This document shows positions 8,695 to 19,402 of a stretch of 64,000 nt of DNA, piece by piece. The notes beneath the pieces were generated by a model. The model made no database searches, had not been told where the DNA came from, and saw only the letters and a list, made by a program, of their open reading frames with translations. The position numbers were made by a program, and so were the translations under genes. Every line of letters starts with the position of its first letter. Position 1 is the stretch's first letter. Origin of the DNA: a candidate division WOR-3 bacterium (GTDB lineage Bacteria > Hydrothermota > Tepidihabitantia > Tepidihabitantales > Tepidihabitantaceae); assembly GCA_965648905.1 (NCBI GenBank), contig CBFGIT010000016.1:2281-66280 (forward strand), given 5' to 3'.

Positions 8695-9876
8695 TCACAG
8701 GTTGGCGATGATAGCATCGGTCATCTGCTTGGTCGAGGCCGCACCGGCCTTGAAGACGTCCGGTCCGCCCGGAAGCCGCATCATGTCATAGGTGCGGACT
8801 CGTCCTTCTTTGACCACCCTGGCGACCGCATTCCGGACGCGTCCGGCCTTGTCGGTCTCACCGACGTGGTCCAGCATCATTGCTGCGGCCAGAATCATGG
8901 CAATCGGGTTGACGATGGACGGCGCCAGCTTCTCGTACTTCGGGGCCGAACCATGGGTCGGCTCGAACACCGCCACCTCTCGGCCGATGTTGGCCGAGCA
9001 GGCAAACCCGAGCCCGCCCACGAGGCCGGCAAACCCGTCCGACACGATGTCGCCGAACATGTTGCCGGCGATAATGACGCCGTAGTCTTCCGGATTCTTG
9101 GTCAGCCACATCATCACCGCATCGATGTTGTCCGACCTGAGCTTGATGTCCGGATACTCCTTGGCCACCTTCTTCGCCTCTGCCTCCATCATCCCCGAGG
9201 TCTCACGCACCACGTTCGGCTTCTCACAGACGGTTACCGACTTGTAACCGAATCTCCTTGCGTACTCGAACGCGGCCCGGCTGATGCGCTCGCATGCGCC
9301 GCGCGTGAAGATACGCAAAGAGATAGCCATGTCGGCCGATGGCACCTTGGCGAACGCCTTCATCTTCTTATGGGTCTCAAGCGCCCGGCGCACCTCGTCC
9401 GGCGGGTTAGTCCACTCCACCCCGACGTACAGACACTCGGTGTTCTGCCGGAATATCGCCGCGTCAACCTTCGGTTCCTCGAAACCCGAATCTCTGCGCC
9501 GAATGAAGTTCAGGGGATTGCCCTCAAACGACCGACACGGCCGCAGGCAGATGTCCAGGTCGAAAAGCTGGCGCATCGTGACGATCGGTGAGTAGTACTG
9601 CAGACCCTTGCCCTGCAATGACGGTTCGAGCTCGGCCTGAGCCTTGTCCTTGGGCTTGGACGTGATGGCACCGAACAGCCCGAGCTTGTGTTCTTCAAGC
9701 AGTCTGATGGTGCGGTCCGGAAAGGCATTGCCCTCCGTGCACCAGAACTCCCAGCCGATATCGCCGTGAACGTAGTCAGCCTCAAAACCGACCGCCGCAA
9801 GCACCCGCAGCGATTCCGGCAGCACGACCTTGCCGATGCCGTCCCCAGGCATGGTTACGATTGTCCGTCTTGCCAT
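8695..9876 (-). CDS. Isocitrate/isopropylmalate dehydrogenase family protein
   Basis: 'PGDGIG', 'RQNTE', 'KPNV', 'NMFGDIVSD', 'EPTHGSAPK', 'NPIAMIL'. Confidence 0.93.
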   Translation of the reverse strand: MARRTIVTMPGDGIGKVVLPESLRVLAAVGFEADYVHGDIGWEFWCTEGNAFPDRTIRLLEEHKLGLFGAITSKPKDKAQAELEPSLQGKGLQYYSPIVTMRQLFDLDICLRPCRSFEGNPLNFIRRRDSGFEEPKVDAAIFRQNTECLYVGVEWTNPPDEVRRALETHKKMKAFAKVPSADMAISLRIFTRGACERISRAAFEYARRFGYKSVTVCEKPNVVRETSGMMEAEAKKVAKEYPDIKLRSDNIDAVMMWLTKNPEDYGVIIAGNMFGDIVSDGFAGLVGGLGFACSANIGREVAVFEPTHGSAPKYEKLAPSIVNPIAMILAAAMMLDHVGETDKAGRVRNAVARVVKEGRVRTYDMMRLPGGPDVFKAGAASTKQMTDAIIANL

Positions 9877-9929
9877 GTCTTCTCCGTATTCGATTATGTT
9901 CTTGCTTTCATCTCATGGTGGTTCGGAGC

Positions 9930-11195
<1,266 letters not shown>

Positions 11196-12386
11196 CTACT
11201 TCAGAATCCGGCGCAGCTCAGGAACCTTGTTGGTCTTCTCCCAGGCGAAGAACTCCAGTTTCGTTCCCCGGTCTCGCTTCTCCACGTAGGGCTCGCGCCC
11301 GAAGTGGCCATAGGCCGAAGTCGGCTGATATATCGGACTGGTCAGCCCCAGATATCGGATCATCTCTCTGGGCCGCAACGGAAACACGTCACGAATCAAC
11401 CCGATTAGTTGCTCATCGCTCACCAGCCCGGTGCCGAACGTATCAACCGCCACGTCGGTCGGGTCAGCCCGACCGATGACGTACGCCAGCCGGACCTCAA
11501 TCTCCCGGCACAACCCGGCAGCAACGCAGTTCTTGGCAATGTGCCGAGCCATGTAGGTTGCCGAACGGTCGACCTTGGACGGATCCTTGCCTGAAAACGC
11601 ACCGCCGCCGTGCGGTATCCGGCCGCCATAGGTATCGACAATCAGCTTGCGGCCGGTCATGCCGGTATCTGACTGGGGCCCGCCGACCACGAACTTGCCG
11701 GTCTCGTTCACATAGAACTTGGTCTTGCGGTCCAGATACTGGGCCGGAATCACGTGCCGGGCCACGACGTCAATGACTTCCTCGCGGGCGGCACGGGTGA
11801 TGCGGTTGCCAGTCCGGTCAAGGATGGTTTCGTCGTGCTGGGCCGCAATCACCACACTGTCAACCCGCACCGGGACACCATTATCGTACTCAACGGTCAC
11901 CTGGGACTTGCCATCCGGCAGCAGGTAGGGCAACACGCCCGACTTGCGCACCTCGGCCAGGCGTCTGACCAGCTGGTGGGCAAGCATTATCGGCAGTGGC
12001 ATCAGCTCCTCGGTCTCCTGACAGGCATAGCCGAACATCACCCCCTGGTCACCGGCACCGCCGGTATCCACCCCTTGGGCAATGTCGGGCGACTGCCGGC
12101 CGATGGCGTTCAGCACTGCGCAACTGCCCGCGGTCAGGCCGCTGGCCGGCGAAACGTAGCCAATGTCACGCAGGACCGCCCGTACGAGCGCCGGCAGGTC
12201 AACCCAGGCGCTGGTCGTAATCTCGCCTCCGACCACAACCATCCCGACCGTGACGAACGTCTCGCACGCCACCCGGCCGCGCCGGTCCTGACGCAGCACC
12301 TCATCGAGCACCGCATCTGATATCCGGTCACAGACCTTGTCCGGATGGCCTTCGGTCACCGACTCTGAAGTGAAACTCGTCCGCAT
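11196..12386 (-). CDS. metK: S-adenosylmethionine synthetase
   Basis: '[13 protein letters not shown]', 'GAGDQG', 'GGGAFSGKD', 'YGHFGR'. Confidence 0.98.
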   Translation of the reverse strand: MRTSFTSESVTEGHPDKVCDRISDAVLDEVLRQDRRGRVACETFVTVGMVVVGGEITTSAWVDLPALVRAVLRDIGYVSPASGLTAGSCAVLNAIGRQSPDIAQGVDTGGAGDQGVMFGYACQETEELMPLPIMLAHQLVRRLAEVRKSGVLPYLLPDGKSQVTVEYDNGVPVRVDSVVIAAQHDETILDRTGNRITRAAREEVIDVVARHVIPAQYLDRKTKFYVNETGKFVVGGPQSDTGMTGRKLIVDTYGGRIPHGGGAFSGKDPSKVDRSATYMARHIAKNCVAAGLCREIEVRLAYVIGRADPTDVAVDTFGTGLVSDEQLIGLIRDVFPLRPREMIRYLGLTSPIYQPTSAYGHFGREPYVEKRDRGTKLEFFAWEKTNKVPELRRILK

Positions 12387-12407
12387 AGCGCAGAACCTCC
12401 TGGGAGA

Positions 12408-12938
12408 CTATCTGAACATCTTCAAACGATACTTTCCGGCCCGCTCGTGCACGCAGCACCGGTAGTACGATCGTACCGGCCGCCGAAACACCAACCGCTC
12501 AAGCATCACCCGGTCGCTCGGGATGACCGCGTCGCGCATCCCAGCCAGCTCGGCCGGCTCAAACCAGCGCACTTCACCCTCGGCCGACCGTTTCACGGCT
12601 GTTCGCCCGGTGGCAAGCCGACACACGAAGAGCAGGTAATGCCGGTCCGGACCGCCCGGCCGAGTCAACAGCTCGGTGACGACACCGCAGAGCTCAACAA
12701 ACCGGCTGCGCAGACCCGATTCCTCAAGAACCTCACGTTCGACTGCTTCATCCAGGTGCTCGCCAAAGTGCACCTTGCCGCCGGGCAGACCCCAAAGACC
12801 CTGGAAAGGCTCTCTATCCCGTCTTATCAGGAGCACGCCGGGCCGGCTGAGGACTGCCGCCACGGCCACGGGTAGAGCTGGGGCCGGTCGTGGAGCAGAC
12901 ACGACCCCAATCTTATTCTGAACTCCGCTGCTGGTCAA
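12408..12938 (-). CDS. NUDIX hydrolase
   Basis: Nudix box 'GGKVHFGEHLDEAVEREVLEESGL'. Confidence 0.9.
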   Translation of the reverse strand: MTSSGVQNKIGVVSAPRPAPALPVAVAAVLSRPGVLLIRRDREPFQGLWGLPGGKVHFGEHLDEAVEREVLEESGLRSRFVELCGVVTELLTRPGGPDRHYLLFVCRLATGRTAVKRSAEGEVRWFEPAELAGMRDAVIPSDRVMLERLVFRRPVRSYYRCCVHERAGKYRLKMFR

Positions 12939-13894
12939 ACCGTGCGTTCGTCTTCCGTGGCGAATGACCGCGAGATTTCAAGCAACGGCTCGAGCCGGTC
13001 GGCAGTCTCCTTGACATCGGTCATCTCGACCCAGTGCGCCTGCTCCAGTCCGCGAAACCAGGTGAGCTGCCGGCGGGCGTAGGCCCGGGTCTTGGCCTTG
13101 GCCAGAGCCACCGCCTGCTCCAGAGTCAACTGACCATCAAGATAGGAAAGCAACTCGGCATAGCCGTAGGCATTGGCCACGTAGGTATCGCGGCCGAACC
13201 CAGCCTCCCTGAGCCGGCGCACCTCATCGAGCAGACCCGCCTGCATCATCTCGTCGAACCGTCTATCAATCCGGCGGTTGAGCTCGGCGCGCGGCCGGGT
13301 GAGCACGACATAGACCGGCTCGAACTCGATCGCGGGCGCCGCCTGCTGCGCCAGCTCGGACATCGGCCGCCCGGTCGCCTCAAATACCTCAATCGCCCGC
13401 ATGACTCGTTGCCGGTCATGAGGATGCAGCTCTGCAGCCCGGCCCGGGTCAACGCGCATCAGGCGCGCGTAAAGCTCAGTCGCAGTCAGCTCGGCCAACT
13501 GTCGACGCCGAGCCGGGTCGATCCTTGGGACTTCGAAGAACGGACGGAACAGCGCCCGCAAGTATAGTCCGGACCCGCCGGCGACAATGAAACCTATCCC
13601 CTGCCTCGTAAGACGGCGCATCACCGCTCGGGCATCCCTGGCATAGTCCGCGGCCGAGTAGCGCCGGCTCGGCTCAACCGTGTCCACCATGTGCACGCCA
13701 ACCTCGGCCCGCACCGTCGAATCCGGCTTGGCCGTACCGATGTCAAGCCAGCAGTAGACCTGACGGGAGTCAGCCGATACCAGATGGAGCCGGTGCCGAC
13801 GGCAGAGTTCGACCGCAACCGCAGTCTTACCCACCCCGGTCGGCCCGCCGACCACAAGTACCGGCCGAGTGTTGTCACCGATCATGGGCGACAT
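12935..13894 (-). CDS. miaA: tRNA (adenosine(37)-N6)-dimethylallyltransferase
   Basis: 'GPTGVGKT', 'SADSRQVY', 'DIGTAKP', 'GGSGLY', 'YARRQLTWF'; follows mutL; start placed after the mutL stop. Confidence 0.96.
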   Translation of the reverse strand: MSPMIGDNTRPVLVVGGPTGVGKTAVAVELCRRHRLHLVSADSRQVYCWLDIGTAKPDSTVRAEVGVHMVDTVEPSRRYSAADYARDARAVMRRLTRQGIGFIVAGGSGLYLRALFRPFFEVPRIDPARRRQLAELTATELYARLMRVDPGRAAELHPHDRQRVMRAIEVFEATGRPMSELAQQAAPAIEFEPVYVVLTRPRAELNRRIDRRFDEMMQAGLLDEVRRLREAGFGRDTYVANAYGYAELLSYLDGQLTLEQAVALAKAKTRAYARRQLTWFRGLEQAHWVEMTDVKETADRLEPLLEISRSFATEDERTV

Positions 13895-13910
13895 CTGCTC
13901 CACGCCCACC

Positions 13911-15527
13911 CTAGGTCCGACCGAATCTCCGCTCCAAGTCTTCGAGAGTGATCTTGATAATCGCCGGTCGACCGTGCGGACAGAAATACGGCTCCCGGCA
14001 GGCAAACAGCCGGTTGATCAGCGACTCCATTTCCGGCTGGGCCAGGCGCTGGCCGGCCTTGACCGCACCCTTGCAGGCAACCAACCGGGCCAACTCGGTC
14101 TCAAGCCCGGCGCTGCCCGGAGCCAGTCGCGCCAGCTCGGCGAAAAACTCGCGCACCTCATCCTTACCCATGAAAGAACCACTCGGCACGGTTTCGACTA
14201 CGACCGTGTTGCCGCTGAATTGCTTGCTCTCGATTCCCATCCGCTCCAGCAGTTCGCCTGAGCGGGTCCAGGCATTAAACTCCTCCGGACTCAGCTCAAC
14301 CGTAATCGGGAACAGCAACCCCTGGGCCGAAGCCTGCTCCCGAACCCTCAGTGCCTCCTCATAGAGAATCCGCTCGTGGGCCGCGTGCTGGTCAACGATC
14401 ACGTAGCCTGAGGAAACCTGGGCCATGATGTAGCTGTTGTGCAGTTGCCAGAACCCCTGGGGCGCGGCATCCTCAGGCACGAACCCGCGCTGGTACAGGA
14501 AATCAGCAATCCCTATTCCTTCGCCACGCCGCATCCCCAACGCCTGACTCACCGCCTCGGCCACGAAGTCAAACAGGAACCGCTCGTCCGCGAACCTGAC
14601 CTCCTGCTTGGTCGGATGCAGATTCACGTCGAGCCGGGACGGGTCGGTCTGGACGAACAAGATGAAGTTCGGGTTGTTCCCCTCAAGCACCGGCCCGTAG
14701 CCCTCATAGACTGCCCGAGTCACGGTGTGATTCCGCACCGGCCGCTGGTTCAGGTAGACCCCCTGAACGTCGTAGAAACTCCGCGCCTGAGTCGGCTCGG
14801 CCAGCAGGCCGCGCAGCGACACCAACGGGTTGTCGACCTTCAGCTCAACCAGACTCTCAACCACCCGTTTCTCGAACAGGCTCGCCACACGCTCCCGAAC
14901 CGAGCCCGCCGGAGCAAGTTTGAACACGACCCGGTCGTTGTTCACGAACTCGAACCCAACCTCGGGAAAGGCCAGCGCGTAGCTACGCACGGTTTCGGCC
15001 ACGAGCCTTGACTCATAGTTCTCGGACTTCAGGAACGCCCGACGCACCGGCAGGTTGAAGAAGAGAGCCCGAACCGACACGGTCGTACCCTGAGGCCGGG
15101 CGACCTCGCGCACTACTCTCACGTCGCCGCCGTCAACCTCGATTGCTGTGCCCGGTCCGGTATCGGCAACATTCGTCTCGATGACCAGTCTGGATACCGC
15201 GCCAATCGAAGCCAGTGCCTCGCCTCGAAAACCGTAGCTCTCCACCCGGGTCAGGTCCTCAACCCGCTCCAGCTTGCTCGTTGCGTGCCGGGTCACGGCC
15301 AACCGCAGGTCCTCTCGGGTCATACCGATGCCATTGTCCGCTACCCGTATCAGATTCCTGCCCCCAGCCTTGATTTCAACCCGGATACTGGTGGCTTTCG
15401 CGTCAAGCGCGTTCTCGACCAACTCCTTCACCGTATTGGCCGGCCGGACAATCACCTCACCCGCAGCAATCCGGCGCACCACCTCCTCAGGCAGCAATCG
15501 CACCGGTCGCCGTCCGCCGTTCACCAC
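13911..15527 (-). CDS. mutL: DNA mismatch repair endonuclease MutL
   Basis: 'IAAGEVI.RP', 'KELVENALDA', 'GFRGEAL', endonuclease motif 'DQHAAHERILYE', 'ACK', 'CPHGRP'. Confidence 0.97.
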   Translation of the reverse strand: MVNGGRRPVRLLPEEVVRRIAAGEVIVRPANTVKELVENALDAKATSIRVEIKAGGRNLIRVADNGIGMTREDLRLAVTRHATSKLERVEDLTRVESYGFRGEALASIGAVSRLVIETNVADTGPGTAIEVDGGDVRVVREVARPQGTTVSVRALFFNLPVRRAFLKSENYESRLVAETVRSYALAFPEVGFEFVNNDRVVFKLAPAGSVRERVASLFEKRVVESLVELKVDNPLVSLRGLLAEPTQARSFYDVQGVYLNQRPVRNHTVTRAVYEGYGPVLEGNNPNFILFVQTDPSRLDVNLHPTKQEVRFADERFLFDFVAEAVSQALGMRRGEGIGIADFLYQRGFVPEDAAPQGFWQLHNSYIMAQVSSGYVIVDQHAAHERILYEEALRVREQASAQGLLFPITVELSPEEFNAWTRSGELLERMGIESKQFSGNTVVVETVPSGSFMGKDEVREFFAELARLAPGSAGLETELARLVACKGAVKAGQRLAQPEMESLINRLFACREPYFCPHGRPAIIKITLEDLERRFGRT

Positions 15528-15537
15528 TACCGGCCCA

Positions 15538-16350
15538 CTATTCGGATGACCCGTGGCCGCTCGCCGCCCGGTACCGACTCAAGTCGATCAACCGGCCATC
15601 AGAAGCGGCCACGACCTCAAACCCGGTTTCCTCACTCATCTGCCGCGCCACTTCCCAGGGCCGGGCACGGATCACGGTCATGCCGAAATGGGAGATGATC
15701 GCCAGCTTCGGTTTGATTGCCCGCACCAGCTCGGTTGCCTCGGGCACGTGCATGTGGTCCAACTCCGACCTCTCCAGCCGAACAACGTTGACCACCACCA
15801 CATCGGCCCGGTACAACTCGGCCAGCTCCGGAAAGTAGCTCGTATCCGCGATGTATGATACGGTCAGGCCCGGCACCCGGAATCTGAACCCGTACACCTC
15901 GCCCCGATGCCGATGCCGAACCGGACACGAAAATTCAACCCGGCCGAGCCGATAGTTACCATGCTCGACGAGGGTCACAACCTGGTCGAGGAACCCGCGC
16001 AGATAGCGCAGCACCACCGGGTCCCCCCCCTCAAGCGCATCCCCAGGCGCAAACAGAACGCCCCGCCTCTCGGTTCCACCGAGCGTCATCGCCTCAACCA
16101 TGATGTTCACGTCACCGGCGTGGTCCAGATGGCGATGTGAAAGCAGGATACCGGAAAGCTCGGTCGGCTTCAGCCCGTGCCGGCTTGCGGTCATTCGCAC
16201 AAGCGCTCCTGGTCCCGGGTCAACGAGGAACCTGGTACCATCCAGACAGAACCAGATTCCGCCCGACGCCCGGACCTGCTTGGCCACGACAATCCGAGCT
16301 CCGCCCGAGCCAAGGAACACCATCCGACAGTAGTTGTCTTCGGAAATCAC
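15538..16350 (-). CDS. MBL-fold metallo-hydrolase
   Basis: 'FLGSGG', 'LVDPG', 'SHRHLDHAGD', 'YIADT', 'SHFG'. Confidence 0.9.
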   Translation of the reverse strand: MISEDNYCRMVFLGSGGARIVVAKQVRASGGIWFCLDGTRFLVDPGPGALVRMTASRHGLKPTELSGILLSHRHLDHAGDVNIMVEAMTLGGTERRGVLFAPGDALEGGDPVVLRYLRGFLDQVVTLVEHGNYRLGRVEFSCPVRHRHRGEVYGFRFRVPGLTVSYIADTSYFPELAELYRADVVVVNVVRLERSELDHMHVPEATELVRAIKPKLAIISHFGMTVIRARPWEVARQMSEETGFEVVAASDGRLIDLSRYRAASGHGSSE

Positions 16351-16358
16351 GACTGGTC

Positions 16359-16386
16359 AGGATACCGCCGTGTCTGAAAGAGTCAA
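16359..16386 (-). promoter_or_regulatory. sigma70-type promoter, near-leaderless (TTGACT-16-TATCCT, GTG 8 nt downstream)
   Basis: Reverse strand ttgact...tatcct gaccagtc GTG; heads the MBL-mutL-miaA operon. Confidence 0.6.
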
Positions 16387-16443
16387 CCCGTAGCACATCG
16401 CCGCCAGGCGCCCCGACCCTGGAGCAAAATCAACGAACAGGCC

Positions 16444-16471
16444 TTGACTCGGCCCGCGCTCGGGCTACCAT
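16444..16471 (+). promoter_or_regulatory. sigma70-type promoter, leaderless (TTGACT-16-TACCAT, GTG 7 nt downstream)
   Basis: TTGACT 16444-16449, TACCAT 16466-16471, GTG 16479. Confidence 0.6.
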
Positions 16472-16478
16472 TGTTTCT

Positions 16479-17771
16479 GTGCTGCCGTTTCTCGCGCTGC
16501 TGCTGGTCGCGCACGACCCCACAACGCTGATCGAACCGCCGTTCGAACACACCCTCGGTTTCAATCGAGTCGGCCGGTTCTTCATCAATCTGTACCTCGG
16601 GCGGAATTTCCGAATCGACGACCCGCAGGGGATGTGCGGCGCCAAAATGATCGAGGAGGACGACCCGGCGACGTCCAAGGACGACCACATCTTGACGATG
16701 TTCGGAGTCAATTCCGGGACCGGACAAATCCTCTACAACGTCAAACTCGTGGAACCACGCATCTACGGCTCGGTCGGTTCTGACACTGCTCAGTTCAACC
16801 GGCCCCATGGCATCTGCTGCAACAAGCATGGCGACGTGTACGTCGCGGACACCGACAACGACCGGGTGGTCCGGCTGAAGTACTCCGCAACCCGCCTGCG
16901 CTGGGTCTCAGTGCTCGACTCGGAACTCTCTTCTCCGCACGATGTGGCGCTCGACTCACGCGGCCGGGTCTACGTCACCGACTCCCGAAACGACCGGATT
17001 GTCATCTACGATTCGCTCGGCTCCCTGCTCGCGGTCTGGCAGACCGGGCTTGAGCATCCGACCGCCATTGCCGTGCTTGACCCTGATGCCGAGTACAACG
17101 AGTTCCGGGTTGGTGCAGTTGCCGTCGTTGACCGCAATCGGACCCGGGTCAATCTGCTCACCCTCGCCGGCGAGCTGGTACGTCAAGTTGACATGCGCCG
17201 CATCGGCCTTGACGAAGCCGGCTTTGCTTACGTCGCGTTTGACCGGCACGGCAATGTCTATGTCACCGACCAGACCAACGACCAGGTCCACGTCTTTGAC
17301 GCCGGGTTGAAGTACATTATCTCATACGGCCGCGGAGGTACCGGCCAGTACCGTTTCTCCTCGCCGCGCGGCATCGCCATCTGGCGCCGATTCGGCCAGG
17401 TCTTCATCGCTGAAGCCGAAGGCGGCCAGTACTACTGGCTGGGACTCGATGCGTACTTGATCGGCTGCTACCCGTCTGAATTTGACTCCCGCCAACCCGG
17501 CACAACCATTGCCCTCTACGTCACCGAGCTGGCCGACGTCACCGTTACGATCGACGACGGCAACGACCATGAAATCCGCACCCTCACGCCACCCCACATG
17601 CAGCGCCCTGGCGAGGTGCTCATTGTCTGGGATGGCCGAGATAACCACGGCGAGGTCGTCCCGGTCGGCACCTATCGCATCAATGTGCTTGCCCGACCAA
17701 CTTACAGCCGTGCTCGATACATACTGAGAAAGGAATTGACGGCATCAGTCCGCCGGGTCGCGGACAGTTGA
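16479..17771 (+). CDS. Exported NHL-repeat beta-propeller protein with C-terminal FlgD-Ig-like domain
   Basis: NHL repeats 'FNRPHGI...VYVADTDNDRV', 'SPHDVALDSRGRVYVTDSRNDRI'; C-terminal 'IVWDGRDNHGEVVPVGTY'; signal-like 'MLPFLALLLVA'. Confidence 0.85.
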   Translation: MLPFLALLLVAHDPTTLIEPPFEHTLGFNRVGRFFINLYLGRNFRIDDPQGMCGAKMIEEDDPATSKDDHILTMFGVNSGTGQILYNVKLVEPRIYGSVGSDTAQFNRPHGICCNKHGDVYVADTDNDRVVRLKYSATRLRWVSVLDSELSSPHDVALDSRGRVYVTDSRNDRIVIYDSLGSLLAVWQTGLEHPTAIAVLDPDAEYNEFRVGAVAVVDRNRTRVNLLTLAGELVRQVDMRRIGLDEAGFAYVAFDRHGNVYVTDQTNDQVHVFDAGLKYIISYGRGGTGQYRFSSPRGIAIWRRFGQVFIAEAEGGQYYWLGLDAYLIGCYPSEFDSRQPGTTIALYVTELADVTVTIDDGNDHEIRTLTPPHMQRPGEVLIVWDGRDNHGEVVPVGTYRINVLARPTYSRARYILRKELTASVRRVADS

Positions 17772-17796
17772 TGCCGCGGAGCATTGGAGGTTCCAC

Positions 17797-18756
17797 TTGA
17801 CCAGCAACACACGACTGCTGTCCGGACTGCGTCGGACAGTGCCGTTCGGATTCCTGACCATATTCCTCATCAGCCCGGCGGCCGCAACCCGGTATGCCGG
17901 CGACTTTGAGCTGCTCGGGACCTCAGCGCGTATCACCGGCATGGGTGGCGCCGCGGTTGCCGCAGCCGACGATGCTAGCGCGATCTACTACAATCCCTCG
18001 CGCTGTGCCGGGCTGGGAAGCCGCTCCGCGGTCTTCCTTCATTCCTCTGACTTCTCCGGTCTGGTCAGCCACAACTATCTGGGCGTTGCGTTCGGCTCAC
18101 GGATTCAGTCCCTGGGCGTGGCAGTGCTCCACAACGGCGTTCCCGGCATCAAACTCACTGCCCTGCCCAACGAGACCATCCCGCCGGGAGAGAACAACCG
18201 ACCGTATATCGTCAAGACCGTCAGCGCCGACCAATTCGTCGGTTACGTCAGCATCGCCCGCGCGCTCAACCCTTACCTCGCGCTCGGCGGCAACGTCAAG
18301 GTCATCTACCACGACATCTCGGTCGGCACGTGCTTCGGCATGGGACTCGACCTAGGCGTGACGGTCACCCCGACCGCTGGCCTGGAGTTGGGCGTTCGAC
18401 TGCGCAACGCCAGCACATCGCCGCTTTTCTGGACTAGTGGCACGCGCGAGTATGTCGAGCCGACTGCCGCGCTCGGTCTGGCCAAGACGTTCCCCCTTGG
18501 CCGAGACCGTCTTACTCTCGCCATCGAATCTGAAGCCGGGTTCGAATCTTCATTCCGGTTGCCCAGCTACGGACTGGAATACTCGTTTCGTAATGTGCTG
18601 CTCGGCCGGATCGGCGCTTACCAGGGCAATCTGACCTTCGGACTGGGTCTGAGGTTCGGCCGCTTCCGGGTTGACTATGGCTATGCGTCGGGCGTCGCGC
18701 CGGACGCACGCGAACTGGGCAGTCCCCAGCAACTGTCCGGAGGAATCCAATTCTAG
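17797..18756 (+). CDS. PorV/PorQ-family (FadL-like) outer-membrane barrel
   Basis: 'GTSARITGMGGA.VA.ADDASAIYYNPS' plug motif, 'DLG', 'FGLGLRF..FRVDYG', terminal F; GGAGG SD. Confidence 0.8.
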   Translation: MTSNTRLLSGLRRTVPFGFLTIFLISPAAATRYAGDFELLGTSARITGMGGAAVAAADDASAIYYNPSRCAGLGSRSAVFLHSSDFSGLVSHNYLGVAFGSRIQSLGVAVLHNGVPGIKLTALPNETIPPGENNRPYIVKTVSADQFVGYVSIARALNPYLALGGNVKVIYHDISVGTCFGMGLDLGVTVTPTAGLELGVRLRNASTSPLFWTSGTREYVEPTAALGLAKTFPLGRDRLTLAIESEAGFESSFRLPSYGLEYSFRNVLLGRIGAYQGNLTFGLGLRFGRFRVDYGYASGVAPDARELGSPQQLSGGIQF

Positions 18757-19358
18757 GTGCAGAACTCAGCCGCAAACTTGCCCACCTTGCCGCACTGCTG
18801 ATCCCGATCGTCTATTACGCCGTGCCCGGCCGCAACTTGGCGATTCTGATCATGGGCGTGTCCACGGCCGTCTTCCTGGTCGTCGATTTCCTGCGCCTGA
18901 GAATCAACCCGCTGAAGAGCATCTTCATTATTCTGTTTGGTTCGCTGCTCAGACGTCGGGAGTTCACGTCGCTGACCGGCGGTTCATACTTGATGCTTGC
19001 GTCCTTCGTCTGCCTGCTGATATTCGGCTCCTCACCCAGCGGCCGGGGTGTGTTCATGGCCGCCGTCTCGTTTCTTGTCCTGGGCGACACGGTCGCGGCG
19101 ATCGTCGGACTGTCAATCGGTCGCATCCGGTTCTTCCGCAAGACACTGGAAGGAACCCTGGCCGGCCTTGCTGCCTGCATCGGCGTTGCCTGGGTGGTGT
19201 CACTGCTCCCCAGACTTGACCTGCCGCTAGGAATCGGTATCCTTGGAGCCGTTGCTGCCTCGGTCGTCGAGGCATTACCAATCGAAGTCAACGATAACGT
19301 GGTTGTCCCGCTGCTATCCGGCGCCGTGATGATGGTCGGATTGCAGGTCGCGCGCTAG
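18750..19358 (+). CDS. Polyprenol/phytol/dolichol kinase-like CTP-dependent membrane kinase; probable ATT start
   Basis: Upstream in-frame 'ELSRKLAHL' (family RKxxH motif), 'LGDTVAAIVG', 'KTLEG', 'VEALP..NDN..VP'. No ATG/GTG/TTG between the stop at 18672 and the motif; GGAGGA 5 nt before ATT at 18750. Confidence 0.82.
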   Translation: MLGAELSRKLAHLAALLIPIVYYAVPGRNLAILIMGVSTAVFLVVDFLRLRINPLKSIFIILFGSLLRRREFTSLTGGSYLMLASFVCLLIFGSSPSGRGVFMAAVSFLVLGDTVAAIVGLSIGRIRFFRKTLEGTLAGLAACIGVAWVVSLLPRLDLPLGIGILGAVAASVVEALPIEVNDNVVVPLLSGAVMMVGLQVAR

Positions 19359-19402
19359 CAATTCCGGGACAACCCGGGCTAGCAAATCACCAAGGAGGAA
19401 AG

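Noticed and set aside
16137-16478. N-terminal extensions in the ORF track (also 31850, 32197, 37669, 46856, 28413, 26210, 14005, 59182)
   Set aside because: They overlap neighbouring genes or promoters; downstream starts fit promoters, SDs and signal peptides better.
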